Shown: positions 1 to 9,808 of the stretch, one piece after another
Layout of the letters: every line of letters starts with the position of its first letter
Numbering within the stretch: the first letter of the stretch is position 1
NCBI GenBank assembly: GCA_027451865.1
Contig: DAIDHW010000001.1
Coordinates: 81,798-145,797, forward strand
Direction: 5' to 3'
DNA length: 64,000 nucleotides
Origin: Leptolyngbyaceae cyanobacterium clean351
GTDB lineage: Bacteria > Cyanobacteriota > Cyanobacteriia > DAIDHW01
Program-made: the position numbers and the translations under genes
The notes under the pieces: model-generated
Database searches by the model: none
Seen by the model: the letters and a program-made list of their open reading frames with translations, nothing else
Told to the model about the DNA's origin: nothing

Positions 1-1
1 C

Positions 2-211
2 CCTAATCCCCGTCGCTTAGTCAGTGACCAAACTTCCATGGCTATTGACCAGGAGGTAAAGGAGATCGTCGAGATGGCCCATCAGCAAGCCCTAAGCATC
101 CTCAAGGCCAACCGTGACCTGCTTGAGACCATCTCCAACCAACTGTTGACCACGGAAGTGGTGGAGGGGGAGTCCCTCGAAAAGCTCCTAGCCCAGGCGG
201 TTAAAGCTTAA
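2..211 (+). CDS. ftsH: ATP-dependent zinc metalloprotease FtsH, C-terminal end (partial; FtsH4-like)
   Basis: Manual translation PNPRRLVSDQTSMAIDQEVKEIVEMAHQQALSILKANRDLLETISNQLLTTEVVEGESLEKLL..KA* matches the FtsH M41 C-terminal helices; truncated by the window edge. Confidence 0.85.
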   Translation, partial: PNPRRLVSDQTSMAIDQEVKEIVEMAHQQALSILKANRDLLETISNQLLTTEVVEGESLEKLLAQAVKA

Positions 212-284
212 TTTTCCTCCCAATCCGGGTCATACTCTGCTAGTTGTAGAGTCGGACGTAACTAGATTTCTGGCAAGGTTTACC

Positions 285-821
285 ATGGGAATCGAAGAGA
301 TTGTTGCTCAGGCTCTGGAGAATGGCTACTTGACTCCGGCCATGGAGCAGGAAATTGGCAACCTTTGCAACAGCGACACAGAATTGGCCGCCCGAGACTA
401 CATGGCCCTCGACCAACTGATGGCAGCGCTCCTAGACGGGGGGGTCCGGTCCGTACCCCAGAAGCAGTTCATCAACGTCATGGAGGAGCTAGTCCTCACC
501 GAGGCCATCGCCTACCTAGCGAGGTTGTCCCCTGCCGATGGCCGCTTTCTCGACCTCGGGGATGTGGCCGCCTACGCCCTCAACCGCCTGCCTCCCCTCT
601 ACGCCACTACGGAAGAGGGGGCTGCTTACCAACGGGAGCGGGCCCAGCGGGAACTACGCTCCCTAATTGACGAGAAGCTCGAGGAGGCGGTAGCCCGTAG
701 TATCAAGCAGCCAGAATTCTTCCCTGAACGGCAACCCCTAGGTCAGGTCTCGAACACAGATGAAGTCCTACGGCAGATCAGCAGCCTACTGCAGAACTAC
801 GCCCCAGAGTTTGAGGTGTAA
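285..821 (+). CDS. ComFB (late competence development) family protein
   Basis: INVMEELV...DVAAYALNRLPPLYATTEEG is the ComFB signature. Confidence 0.85.
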   Translation: MGIEEIVAQALENGYLTPAMEQEIGNLCNSDTELAARDYMALDQLMAALLDGGVRSVPQKQFINVMEELVLTEAIAYLARLSPADGRFLDLGDVAAYALNRLPPLYATTEEGAAYQRERAQRELRSLIDEKLEEAVARSIKQPEFFPERQPLGQVSNTDEVLRQISSLLQNYAPEFEV

Positions 822-832
822 GCCACCAGTCT

Positions 833-2329
833 ATGACTACGTCTCTTCCCTGGCAAAACCTCCAGCAACGACTTCTGGAGATTAACGACCTCCAATCCGC
901 TGCGGCCCTACTCCACTGGGACCAGGCCACCTACATGCCCCCCGGGGGGGCCGCGGCTCGGGGCCGCCAGCTGGCCACCCTCCAGCGCCTGGCCCACGAC
1001 CGGCTCACGGACCCGGCCCTGGGGGATTTGCTTGAGCGGACCTGGGACTGGCCCCAAGGTAGCGATGAGGCGGCCCTAGTGCGCCTAGCCCGGCGCCACT
1101 ACCAGCGGGCCCGACGTCTCCCCAACGCCTTTATTGGCGAGCTGGTCAGTCATCAAGCGCACACCTACGCCGCCTGGGCCCAAGCCCGGGCCGAGGATGA
1201 CTTTGCCCTAGTCCAACCCTACCTAGAAAAAACCCTCCGCCTCAGCCGGGACCTGGCTAGCTTTTTTCCCGAGGCTGAGCATCCCCTAGACGCCCTGATT
1301 GAGGAGGAGGACCCTGGTTATTCCTGCCGGGACCTGAAGGCTTTATTCAGCGAGCTGCGGCAGCACCTAGTGCCCCTGTTAGCGGAGATTACCGCTACTC
1401 CCCCCCCGGATGACGCGTGTCTTACGCAGTACTTCCCCGCCGCCGAGCAGCTGGCTTTCAGTCGTCGTCTGGTCGCGCGCCTGGGCTACGACCTAGAGCG
1501 GGGCCGCCAAGACCAGACCCTCCATCCTTTCATGACTAAGTTTTCCCTCGGGGATGTGCGCATTACCACCCGAGTCCGGGAAGATAACCTCGGGGAAGCC
1601 CTCTTTAGCAGCATCCACGAGATGGGCCATGCCCTTTACGAACAGGGGATCGCTCCTCACCTAGAGGGTACTCCCTTAGCAGAAGGCACCTCCTCCGGGA
1701 TGCACGAGAGTCAGTCACGCTTCTGGGAAAACCTCATTGGCCGCAGTTTACCCTTTTGGGAGTGGTGCTACCCCCAGCTGCAGGCAGTCTTTCCCACCCA
1801 ACTAGGCTCGGTTTCCCTGGAGGAATTCTACCGAGCGGTGAATAAGGTCCGCCGTAGTTTGATCCGCACCGATGCTGATGAGGTTAGTTATAACCTGCAC
1901 GTGATGATCCGCTTCAACCTGGAATTGGCTCTAGTGGAAGGGAGCCTAGAGGTTAAGGACCTGCCGGCGGCCTGGAACCACTACTACCAAACCGACCTAG
2001 GCCTGACCCCCCCTACGGACCGGGAGGGGATTCTCCAGGATGTGCACTGGTATGGAGGCCAGATTGGCGGGATGTTCCAGGGCTACACCCTCGGGAACCT
2101 CATCAGCGCCCAACTCTATGAAGCTCTCCAGGCAGACCAACCAGACCTAGGATCCCGGGTGCGCCGGGGAGAATTTGCCCCCATTTCAACCTGGCTGCGC
2201 ACCCACGTCCATCAGCACGGCGCTAAGTACACACCTCAGGAACTCCTACAGCGGGCCACGGGCAGCCCCCTGCGGGTGGAGCCTTTTGTTAACTATCTGC
2301 GCCGTAAGTATGAGGAGATATATAGCTAG
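833..2329 (+). CDS. Carboxypeptidase M32 (Taq-type)
   Basis: HPF, DVRITTR, HEMGH, HESQS, IRTDADE and QDVHW motifs. Confidence 0.95.
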   Translation: MTTSLPWQNLQQRLLEINDLQSAAALLHWDQATYMPPGGAAARGRQLATLQRLAHDRLTDPALGDLLERTWDWPQGSDEAALVRLARRHYQRARRLPNAFIGELVSHQAHTYAAWAQARAEDDFALVQPYLEKTLRLSRDLASFFPEAEHPLDALIEEEDPGYSCRDLKALFSELRQHLVPLLAEITATPPPDDACLTQYFPAAEQLAFSRRLVARLGYDLERGRQDQTLHPFMTKFSLGDVRITTRVREDNLGEALFSSIHEMGHALYEQGIAPHLEGTPLAEGTSSGMHESQSRFWENLIGRSLPFWEWCYPQLQAVFPTQLGSVSLEEFYRAVNKVRRSLIRTDADEVSYNLHVMIRFNLELALVEGSLEVKDLPAAWNHYYQTDLGLTPPTDREGILQDVHWYGGQIGGMFQGYTLGNLISAQLYEALQADQPDLGSRVRRGEFAPISTWLRTHVHQHGAKYTPQELLQRATGSPLRVEPFVNYLRRKYEEIYS

Positions 2330-2351
2330 GGGTAGTTACCAACAACTACCC
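2330..2351 (+). terminator. Stem-loop directly after the carboxypeptidase stop
   Basis: GGGTAGTT-accaac-AACTACCC perfect 8-bp stem; no U-tract, so terminator role uncertain. Confidence 0.35.
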
Positions 2352-2563
2352 TGGACAGATTTACACAGCCAAGACCAAACCGTAGTTGAGCACCGTGGAG
2401 GGTGTCAGACCTAGGGTATGTTCACCTTGATAAGAACAAATGTTACTTAAGTGTCGAGGGAGAATATGGCTTGCGGCCGTGTCGGGACAGAGGGAAGGGA
2501 CTAAACCAGGGTCTATCTTAATCTGCCCACGCTGCTTGGAGCCCTCTTGAGAGCCTGAAACCT

Positions 2564-2797
2564 CTACGAACTCGCAGATTTCCCACTATGGCCGATCACG
2601 ATTGAGTGGAGATGAATCCTAATCCCGGAATTGCTGATGTCATCATTCACCATACTTAGAAATTTCTGACGTTCAGAGATTTCTAATTTAGATGTAACTG
2701 TACTAATAAGTCTAATCGCAGTGTCTCTACGACCCGCATCGTAGGTCCGAGCAGCCATCCGAACCACTTCGGCTAACTTAACAAGCTTGGCACTCAT
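2564..2797 (-). CDS. Hypothetical protein, 77 aa, in an AT-rich islet
   Basis: ATG-started ORF with helical, protein-like composition; no recognised family. Confidence 0.5.
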   Translation of the reverse strand: MSAKLVKLAEVVRMAARTYDAGRRDTAIRLISTVTSKLEISERQKFLSMVNDDISNSGIRIHLHSIVIGHSGKSASS

Positions 2798-2949
2798 AAA
2801 GGTTTCATCCAGTTGTAACTGACATCAGGAATAGCTAAATCTCCGACTCCAGCCCGACAGGCCATGTTGCCAGTAGACCTCCAGCCTCTTAATACAGGAT
2901 CAGCTAGCAACCAGGCTTGATGGCAACTTTGAGCGACCTGGGATTTAGT

Positions 2950-2993
2950 ATAGCACCCATGAATGCCAGAAATAGCACCCATGAATGCCAGAA
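2950..2993. repeat. Perfect 22-bp tandem duplication ATAGCACCCATGAATGCCAGAA x2
   Basis: Copies at 2950-2971 and 2972-2993. Confidence 0.95.
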
Positions 2994-3071
2994 GCAGAAA
3001 ACTACCCGAAAGACCCCACAGGAGGGCATCTCACCGGGCAATGCCTAGGTGCTTGAGTCGGTAAGACACCC

Positions 3072-4292
3072 CTACTCGTGGTGGTCCGGCACCGCTGAGG
3101 CCGGTTGGGTAAGCTTGTTGGGTATCCCCTCACATCCCCCCGGCACCGTCAGGCGAGTCTTGGGGCCCCCCCAGGCACAACAGTAATACCTCTGCTCCTC
3201 CGATAGGTGCTTGACCCCCGTAAAGTCGGCATTCTCCACTACTGCCCCCGTGTGGGCACCAGTAGTGTAGTCGGGGGCTACAGTGCGGCTGCGGGGACTC
3301 GCCTGCTGGACTGAGCCGTAGAACAGCCGCGCCCGGTCCAGGTCCGCCCCCTGGAGGCGGGCGTTGAACAAGACCGTCCGGGCTAGGTTAGCCTTGACTA
3401 GGTCACAGCCGCCGAGGTTTGCCCCCACTAGGTTAGCGTCACTGATATCCGTCCAGCGCAGGTCCGTATGGGCTAAGTCCGCCCCCGCCAACATTACCCG
3501 CAGGTCAATTACCCGCACCCCCTCCTCACGCTCCTCCATGTAACCACCGGTCCCATCTAGGATTGCCCGGCCCAAACGGCGGTCTCGCTTTAGGGGGGTG
3601 AGCAGACCTGAATGGGAGAGGAAGCGGAGGATCTTCGCTTTGCCCTGGGCGTCTACACTACTGAGAATGGCAGCGGTGCGCCCCTCGGCAATGGCCCGCT
3701 CCTGGGGCCAGTCTTCGAGCAGTCCCTGCTCATCTAAGACTAGGTCAGATATCCCCTGAAAATAGGTGTCGATAGTCTGCTGTTGGGTAATCCGATTTTG
3801 CTGGGTAGTCAAATTAGTCTCAATCACGTACTGTCGCCAAGCCACGTACAAGGCCAGCAGGGCAATCATTAACTGCCCAAAGGCCCCGACAATTCCCTCC
3901 CCAAAGGCCCCCACCGCGTCCCAACTGGGGTGGGTGAACCAGTACACCAGGCGGCTAAAATTACCGGTCAGATACACCAAACCCAAGGCCCCGGCGGCTA
4001 CCCCCACCACCCCCATTACCGGCGCTAGCCTGGGGTCGGTAACCAGGGTCACCAGGGCCCGCCACCCCACCGGCAGCAGCATCGGCAAGGAGGCAGCCAG
4101 GGCTAGGCCGGTACCCCCCAGGGTAACCCAGAAATTCTGCCCCCAGATGCCTAACCCCAAGAGCACTACCCCCACGGTGATTACTACTGAAGCCCGGGAA
4201 ATACTCGGCCGGCGCGGCAGGGCTTCGGGGGAGTTATTGGCCAAGAGCATGGCTAGGGGAGTGGGATTAACCGAAGGGGGGTCAACAGTCAT
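3072..4292 (-). CDS. Membrane-anchored pentapeptide repeat protein
   Basis: N-terminal TM helices; A(D/N)Lxx repeats (ADLAH TDLRW TDISD ANLVG ANLGG CDLVK ANLAR). Confidence 0.9.
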   Translation of the reverse strand: MTVDPPSVNPTPLAMLLANNSPEALPRRPSISRASVVITVGVVLLGLGIWGQNFWVTLGGTGLALAASLPMLLPVGWRALVTLVTDPRLAPVMGVVGVAAGALGLVYLTGNFSRLVYWFTHPSWDAVGAFGEGIVGAFGQLMIALLALYVAWRQYVIETNLTTQQNRITQQQTIDTYFQGISDLVLDEQGLLEDWPQERAIAEGRTAAILSSVDAQGKAKILRFLSHSGLLTPLKRDRRLGRAILDGTGGYMEEREEGVRVIDLRVMLAGADLAHTDLRWTDISDANLVGANLGGCDLVKANLARTVLFNARLQGADLDRARLFYGSVQQASPRSRTVAPDYTTGAHTGAVVENADFTGVKHLSEEQRYYCCAWGGPKTRLTVPGGCEGIPNKLTQPASAVPDHHE

Positions 4293-4297
4293 GGAGC

Positions 4298-5065
4298 TTA
4301 GGCCTTGAAAGTAATTAGTAATAGTCCAAACACTACCGCACCAGTCAAGAACCAGGGGTAGGAAGACTCCTGGTGCTCCTGCAACTGTTCTCTAAAGATA
4401 CCCAAGATAATAAAACCCGCCAAGGTAGCCAGGAGCAGATCTGTGACTAACTTATTGGCCGGGGCCCAGGCCGCCCCCATCCCCCCCACTACCACTGCCC
4501 CAGTCAGGACGTAGCGCCCCCAGCGGCGGTAGGGATGGGGGAACTTCTCCTCGAGGAAGTAGTTGTCACCAAACAGGTGCAAGCCCATGGCCACCAGGTA
4601 GGCAGCACTTTTACCTAATCCCAGTTTCAGCTGCCCCGGGATTGTGTAGACGATCAGCAGATTGTAGAGAGCCAACAGGCCGATGTGCACCGGCACCGTA
4701 AACTCAGCCTCGCTTTGTCCTGGCTGCTGCTCGGCCAGGTACTTGGCTAGGTGCTCCAATCCCAGTACCAGTAACAATCCCCCCAGCATGACTAGGTGAT
4801 TCCAGGGGGCTAACCGGGGGTGGGTTTGGTCTAACTTGGGCAGCAGGTACAAGAACAGGTAAGCCACTGCCACCCCGCCCCCTAGGGAGACGGTGATAGT
4901 TTCTAGCCGCAGGCCGTGGTGGGAGTGCTTGAGGGTATGAATCACGTAACTAGAGAGCAGGTGGACTACCACCAGGGCAACGGTAAACCCCAGGAGTATT
5001 AGGTGCTCTTCCCGGGTAAGGGGGAGGTTATTAGCTGCGGCCGCTAGGGGGGTATTAATGACCAC
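4298..5065 (-). CDS. Integral membrane protein, ZIP-like metal transporter relative
   Basis: About 8 hydrophobic segments; SLGGGVAVAYLFLYLLP resembles ZIP TM2; His residues in TM segments. Confidence 0.5.
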   Translation of the reverse strand: MVINTPLAAAANNLPLTREEHLILLGFTVALVVVHLLSSYVIHTLKHSHHGLRLETITVSLGGGVAVAYLFLYLLPKLDQTHPRLAPWNHLVMLGGLLLVLGLEHLAKYLAEQQPGQSEAEFTVPVHIGLLALYNLLIVYTIPGQLKLGLGKSAAYLVAMGLHLFGDNYFLEEKFPHPYRRWGRYVLTGAVVVGGMGAAWAPANKLVTDLLLATLAGFIILGIFREQLQEHQESSYPWFLTGAVVFGLLLITFKA

Positions 5066-5068
5066 AGA

Positions 5069-6145
5069 CTAAACCGGCTGAAAGTAGAAGGCTGCCCCCA
5101 GGATGGAGTAGGTCGCGAGCAGCATCACCCCCTCGAGCCAGTTGGAATTCCCATCCAGGCTAATCAGGTTGGCGATCACCACCGCCACCGCCACCGCTAC
5201 CATGTCAAATAGATTAAAACCCAAGTCCATGGGTTGACCGATCGCTTGACCCACCAGCACCAGCAGGGGGGCCACCAGCAGGGCCACCAGCAGGCTCGAA
5301 CCCATGGCCACGCTCACCGACAGGTCCATGTTGTTCTTCATGGCCACCCCTACCGCGGTCACGTACTCCGCCGCCCCCCCCACTAGGGGCAGCAAAATCA
5401 CCCCGGTGAACAAGGGGCTCAGGCCTAGGCCGCTAGTGGCCTCCTCCACTACCCCTACAAAGATCTCCGACTCGTAGGCGACCCCTACCGTGGCCACCGC
5501 CAACACCCCCAACCACAGCCACAGGTTCGGCTTGTGGGCCGCCACCTCCTCCTCCAGGTCTACTACACTCACCTCGTACAGGTAACTGTGGGTGCGCAGG
5601 GAAAATAGCAGGGTCAGGCCGTAAACCAGGATGAGCACCCCCGCCACAAATACCGACAGCTCCGCCACCCCCAAAGGCTCCGCCGGGCCCGGGGCACTGT
5701 TGAGTACCAGGCTCGGCAGGAGGATCGCGATCACCGCTAGGGTCATTAGAGACCCATTCACCCGGGCGACCATGGGCTGAAAAGTCTGCTCCTTGTAGCG
5801 CAGGCCCCCGCAAAACATCGCCAGACCCATGGCTAAAAGTAGATTACTGATAATGGTGCCGGTAATACTGGCCTTGACGATGTCTATTAAGCCCGCCTGC
5901 AGGGCAGCTAGGGCGATAATTAGCTCCGTGGCATTGCCAAACACCGCGTTTAGCAGGCCCCCCACGGTTGGACCCGTGACCACCGCCACCTCTTCCGTAG
6001 CGGTGCTCAACCAGATAGCCAAGGGGACAATTGCTAGGGCCGAGGTGACAAAAACTGCCAGGGACCCCCAGTGCAAAGCTTCAGCAGCGATTGATATGGG
6101 CACAAACACCAGCAAGGCAATAGACAGAAACCGCTTCACACCCAT
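5069..6145 (-). CDS. cax: Ca2+/H+ antiporter (CAX/ChaA family)
   Basis: GNATE and GGAAE alpha-repeats, SNWLEG motif. Confidence 0.93.
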   Translation of the reverse strand: MGVKRFLSIALLVFVPISIAAEALHWGSLAVFVTSALAIVPLAIWLSTATEEVAVVTGPTVGGLLNAVFGNATELIIALAALQAGLIDIVKASITGTIISNLLLAMGLAMFCGGLRYKEQTFQPMVARVNGSLMTLAVIAILLPSLVLNSAPGPAEPLGVAELSVFVAGVLILVYGLTLLFSLRTHSYLYEVSVVDLEEEVAAHKPNLWLWLGVLAVATVGVAYESEIFVGVVEEATSGLGLSPLFTGVILLPLVGGAAEYVTAVGVAMKNNMDLSVSVAMGSSLLVALLVAPLLVLVGQAIGQPMDLGFNLFDMVAVAVAVVIANLISLDGNSNWLEGVMLLATYSILGAAFYFQPV

Positions 6146-6217
6146 AGGGAAAACCTGAACAGAGGTTTAGTTTTCCTGAGTTTAATCGATCTGCCCTGGT
6201 TTGCGGCCCGTCACTAA

Positions 6218-6595
6218 TTAGGCCGGACTAAACAGGCTATAGAGCAAAATCGCCAGCACAAATAGGGTAACGACGATGTAGAGCCGGTCCCGCTGTAACA
6301 GGAAAACCCCCGCCGTCAGGGCTACCCGAGCAATGGGTGTAAGGATCAGCATCACTAAACCAAACTGCAATAACCCCCGGCGGTGCCAGGTGAGGGTGTC
6401 ATGGATGATGCCGGGTAGGGTGGTCAAATGGTGACTTTCGCCCCGAAAAATATGGTAGTCCGGTTGTAAGGACCCGTAGCGGGCGAGGTAGACAATGCCC
6501 CCTAAGGCTACTACCCCCCCAGAAACAATCACCCCCCAGCGCAGCAGGGTACCGACGACCAACTCTGTTTTGTGTTCACTCCATGGGGACCTCAT
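6218..6595 (-). CDS. DUF1634 family membrane protein
   Basis: LLRWGVIVS...GLVMLILTPIARV; typical partner downstream of TauE genes. Confidence 0.85.
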   Translation of the reverse strand: MRSPWSEHKTELVVGTLLRWGVIVSGGVVALGGIVYLARYGSLQPDYHIFRGESHHLTTLPGIIHDTLTWHRRGLLQFGLVMLILTPIARVALTAGVFLLQRDRLYIVVTLFVLAILLYSLFSPA

Positions 6596-6611
6596 AAACC
6601 TCCTATACCCG

Positions 6612-7448
6612 CTAAATGCGGCCGGTGATGCTGTTGATAATCATTTCCGCCGCTAAGACCCCCACTAATAGCCCAAAGACTAGGCGCAGCCACTTAACCT
6701 TCAGGTGGATGAGTACCCGGGCCCCGAGCAGAGAACCAATGAGCACTCCAAGCATCACTGGCATGGAAAGACCCGGGTGAATGTAACCTTCCTTGAGGTA
6801 AGCCCCCGCCCCCGCCGCCGCGGTGACTCCGATCATAAAGTTGCTGGTGGTGGTGGACACCTTAAAGGGGAGGCGCATCATCTGGTCCATGGCTAGGACC
6901 TTGACTGCCCCTGACCCAATTCCTAGCAGGCTAGAAAGGACTCCAGCCAAGAGCATCAGGCCAAATCCCTCCGGCACGTGCTGAACGTGGTATTTCTGGT
7001 CGCCTTCGGGGGTGGGGAAATCCCCATCCAAACGTAGGCGGACCGCTAGGGGGTCTGGGCCTAGGCCCTCGAGGTGGTCTAGGTGTGGTTGGAAAGATAA
7101 GTAAGCAGAGTACAGAAGTACTATACCAAAGATAATCCCGATCACGTGGGTCGGTAGTTTGCTGCCCAGGTAGGCCCCTAGGATGGCCCCACTAGTGGTA
7201 GCTACCTCGAGAAACATCCCCACCCGAATGTTTGTGTAGCCCTCCCGGACGTAGGCGGCCGCTGCCCCAGAGGAGGTGGCGATCACCGAAACTAGGGAGG
7301 CTCCAATGGCGTAGCGCAGGTCAACCCCGAATAGCAAGGTCAACACCGGCACCAAAACTGAACCCCCTCCGAGACCACTGAGGGCACCCAAAAAACCCGC
7401 CAGCAGGGAGACAACCCCCACTGCCAAGGTAAACTCCAAAATATTCAC
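6612..7448 (-). CDS. Sulfite exporter TauE/SafE family protein
   Basis: GLGGG..VP, ASLVSVIATSSGAA, GIGSG and STTTSNFMIGVT motifs. Confidence 0.92.
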   Translation of the reverse strand: MNILEFTLAVGVVSLLAGFLGALSGLGGGSVLVPVLTLLFGVDLRYAIGASLVSVIATSSGAAAAYVREGYTNIRVGMFLEVATTSGAILGAYLGSKLPTHVIGIIFGIVLLYSAYLSFQPHLDHLEGLGPDPLAVRLRLDGDFPTPEGDQKYHVQHVPEGFGLMLLAGVLSSLLGIGSGAVKVLAMDQMMRLPFKVSTTTSNFMIGVTAAAGAGAYLKEGYIHPGLSMPVMLGVLIGSLLGARVLIHLKVKWLRLVFGLLVGVLAAEMIINSITGRI

Positions 7449-7474
7449 TGTTAAGAACTCTTAGTGAACACCAC

Positions 7475-8560
7475 TTAACTTATACCCCAGCGGATTACTC
7501 CTAGGGAAGTAATGCTGATCACGATCCAGAGAATTATGCCCTGGAACATGGGCCGCCAACCCACACTCCGCAGGAGGCGACGCGATAAGCTTGTACCAAT
7601 CAAAAACAAAGTCAAAGTCAGACCGCGAGTAGAGACAGTCTCCAGGAGGGGCTCCCAAGCCACTAAGGCAGGTACCAGAGTCCGGGCTACGGAGGCGAGG
7701 ATAAACAAGCCAATAAACCAGGGGATGATGGCGGAACTCTGGCGGCCTAGGGGGGTGGGCTTGGCTGGGGCAGTCAGCTCCTGGGTGTCTGTAAGGGTCA
7801 GTTCGTGCAAGGATTCTAGGATGATGGCAGCGTCGGAGTTCTGCTGACCTCGGGGGCTGGCCTGGGATCTAAACCAGTGACCTGCTAGAAGAGTAACCGG
7901 GATAATCCACAGAGCCCGGGAGAGTTTCACTGCCGTAGCGGTATGTAAAGCCTGAATCCCGTAGGGAGCGGCGGCCCCGACTACACTTGAGATGTCATGG
8001 ATGGCTACCCCTGCCCAGGTGCCGAACTGGTCCTGGGTCAGGTGCAGGGCGTGGCCTATAGCCGGGAAAGTCAACAAGGCGACGGAATTGAGCAGGAATA
8101 CTGTCCCCATGGCCACGGAGATTTCTCCCTCCGCTGCCCCAATGACGGTGCTAACCGCAGCAATGGCGGAACCCCCGCAGATGGCAGTACCAACGGCAAT
8201 TAAAGCCGAAGCCCGGTCGGAAATCTGCAGCCAACGCCCCAGGACGAAGCCGAGGCCCAAGGTTAAGGTAATACTGCCGACCGCCAGGACCGCCCCTTGA
8301 GCCCCAGCCTCTAGGACCTCCTGGAGGTTCATGCTGAAGCCCAATAACACTACTGCCGCCTGCAAGAGGTACTTAGAGCCGACACGGCTGAACCTGGGGA
8401 AGGGATTTTCCTGGAGCAGAGCCAGGATCGTCCCTAGGACAAGGGCGGCGGCCGGGGTGAACCAGGGGGTGAGACTGAGGGCCGCCAGGGCCAGAAATAA
8501 GATCTGACGTTGGAGGGCCCGCTGGGGCCGGGGGGAGGGGAGTTGAGACCGAGTGACCAT
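7475..8560 (-). CDS. YeiH/UPF0324 putative sulfate exporter family
   Basis: GTAICGGSAIAA, AIHDISSVVGA and VKLSRALW motifs. Confidence 0.92.
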   Translation of the reverse strand: MVTRSQLPSPRPQRALQRQILFLALAALSLTPWFTPAAALVLGTILALLQENPFPRFSRVGSKYLLQAAVVLLGFSMNLQEVLEAGAQGAVLAVGSITLTLGLGFVLGRWLQISDRASALIAVGTAICGGSAIAAVSTVIGAAEGEISVAMGTVFLLNSVALLTFPAIGHALHLTQDQFGTWAGVAIHDISSVVGAAAPYGIQALHTATAVKLSRALWIIPVTLLAGHWFRSQASPRGQQNSDAAIILESLHELTLTDTQELTAPAKPTPLGRQSSAIIPWFIGLFILASVARTLVPALVAWEPLLETVSTRGLTLTLFLIGTSLSRRLLRSVGWRPMFQGIILWIVISITSLGVIRWGIS

Positions 8561-8693
8561 GGGTGAGGCTTGAAAGCTACACCGTTACTCTAGGATGGGT
8601 ACTACTATAAGAGCAAATATTTTTTTTAGTCTTTTTAATCAATTTTGTTTATCAATACTTCTAAGGGGAGGCTAGTGTAAGCCTAGAAACTAC

Positions 8694-9800
8694 CTAAAAA
8701 TCACCCAGCACTAGGTTGTCTCGGTGTACTACCGTCTCTGCCCCGGGGCGGCCCAAAACCTCTTCAATCTGGTCCGAAGCACGGCCCTGGATGCGCTCGA
8801 TCTCCCAGCTGCTGTAGTTAACTAACCCCCGGGCAATCACCTCGCCCCCAGGGCCACACAGCTGGACCGCTTCCTGACTTTGAAATTCTCCCTTCACCCC
8901 AATGATCCCCGCCGCCAAGAGAGACTTGCCGCGCTCCCGCAGGGCCACCACCGCTCCATCATCCAGGTACAGTTTACCCTCAGGCACTAGACCATGGGCA
9001 ATCCAGTACTGGCGGGCGTTTTTCGGGCGGGGTTGGGGGAGAAACTGGGTCCCCACCGGCTCCCCAGCCAGGGCCTTGTCAATGTTTTGGGGATAGCGCC
9101 CCTCGGTGATTACCGTGCGTACCCCCGCCCCGGTAGCCATCTGGGCCGCAGTGATCTTAGTGGCCATGCCCCCAGTCCCCCAAGCAGAGCCGGCCCCCCC
9201 GGTTTGTACCTGCAGGTCGGCGATCTCGGTAACTAAGGTGATGGGCTGGGCGTCTTGGTCGCGGCGGGGGTCAGCGGAGTAGAGCCGGTCTACATCGGTC
9301 AACAAAAACAGCCAATCTGCCTGCACTAGTCCTGCCACCAGGGCCGACAGGGTGTCGTTGTCGCCAAACTTGAGCTCTTCTACAGCCACCGTGTCGTTCT
9401 CATTGACCACCGGTACTACCCCTAGGCGCAGCAGTTCCCTGAGGGTGCGGTGAACGTTCAGGTAGCGGTGCCGCTCGATTAGGTCAATGCGGCTCAGGAG
9501 GACTTGGGCAATGGGCTGGTCTAGGGCAGAAAACAGGTCATCGTAGACCCGGATCAGGCGCCCTTGCCCCACCGCCGCCACCGCCTGCTTGAGGGCTAAT
9601 ACCCGCGGCCGCTCCTTTAATCCCAAACGAGTACAACCTACTCCCACGGCCCCGGAGGAAACCAAGACCACCTGGTGTCCCGCCCGGCGGAGGCGGCAGA
9701 CCGTTTCCACCAGGGTGGCAATAGTGGCTAGAGCCAGGGAGCCTGTTTGTGGCTGGGTGAGGCTGGAGGTGCCAATTTTGATCACCAGGGTCTGGGCCAT
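8694..9800 (-). CDS. proB: Glutamate 5-kinase
   Basis: [34 protein letters not shown]-terminal PUA domain. Confidence 0.97.
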   Translation of the reverse strand: MAQTLVIKIGTSSLTQPQTGSLALATIATLVETVCRLRRAGHQVVLVSSGAVGVGCTRLGLKERPRVLALKQAVAAVGQGRLIRVYDDLFSALDQPIAQVLLSRIDLIERHRYLNVHRTLRELLRLGVVPVVNENDTVAVEELKFGDNDTLSALVAGLVQADWLFLLTDVDRLYSADPRRDQDAQPITLVTEIADLQVQTGGAGSAWGTGGMATKITAAQMATGAGVRTVITEGRYPQNIDKALAGEPVGTQFLPQPRPKNARQYWIAHGLVPEGKLYLDDGAVVALRERGKSLLAAGIIGVKGEFQSQEAVQLCGPGGEVIARGLVNYSSWEIERIQGRASDQIEEVLGRPGAETVVHRDNLVLGDF

Positions 9801-9808
9801 GGCCTGGG

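Noticed and set aside
2794..2982. 62-aa ORF overlapping the tandem repeat
   Set aside because: Its start lies inside the duplicated 22-mer and it has no protein-like features
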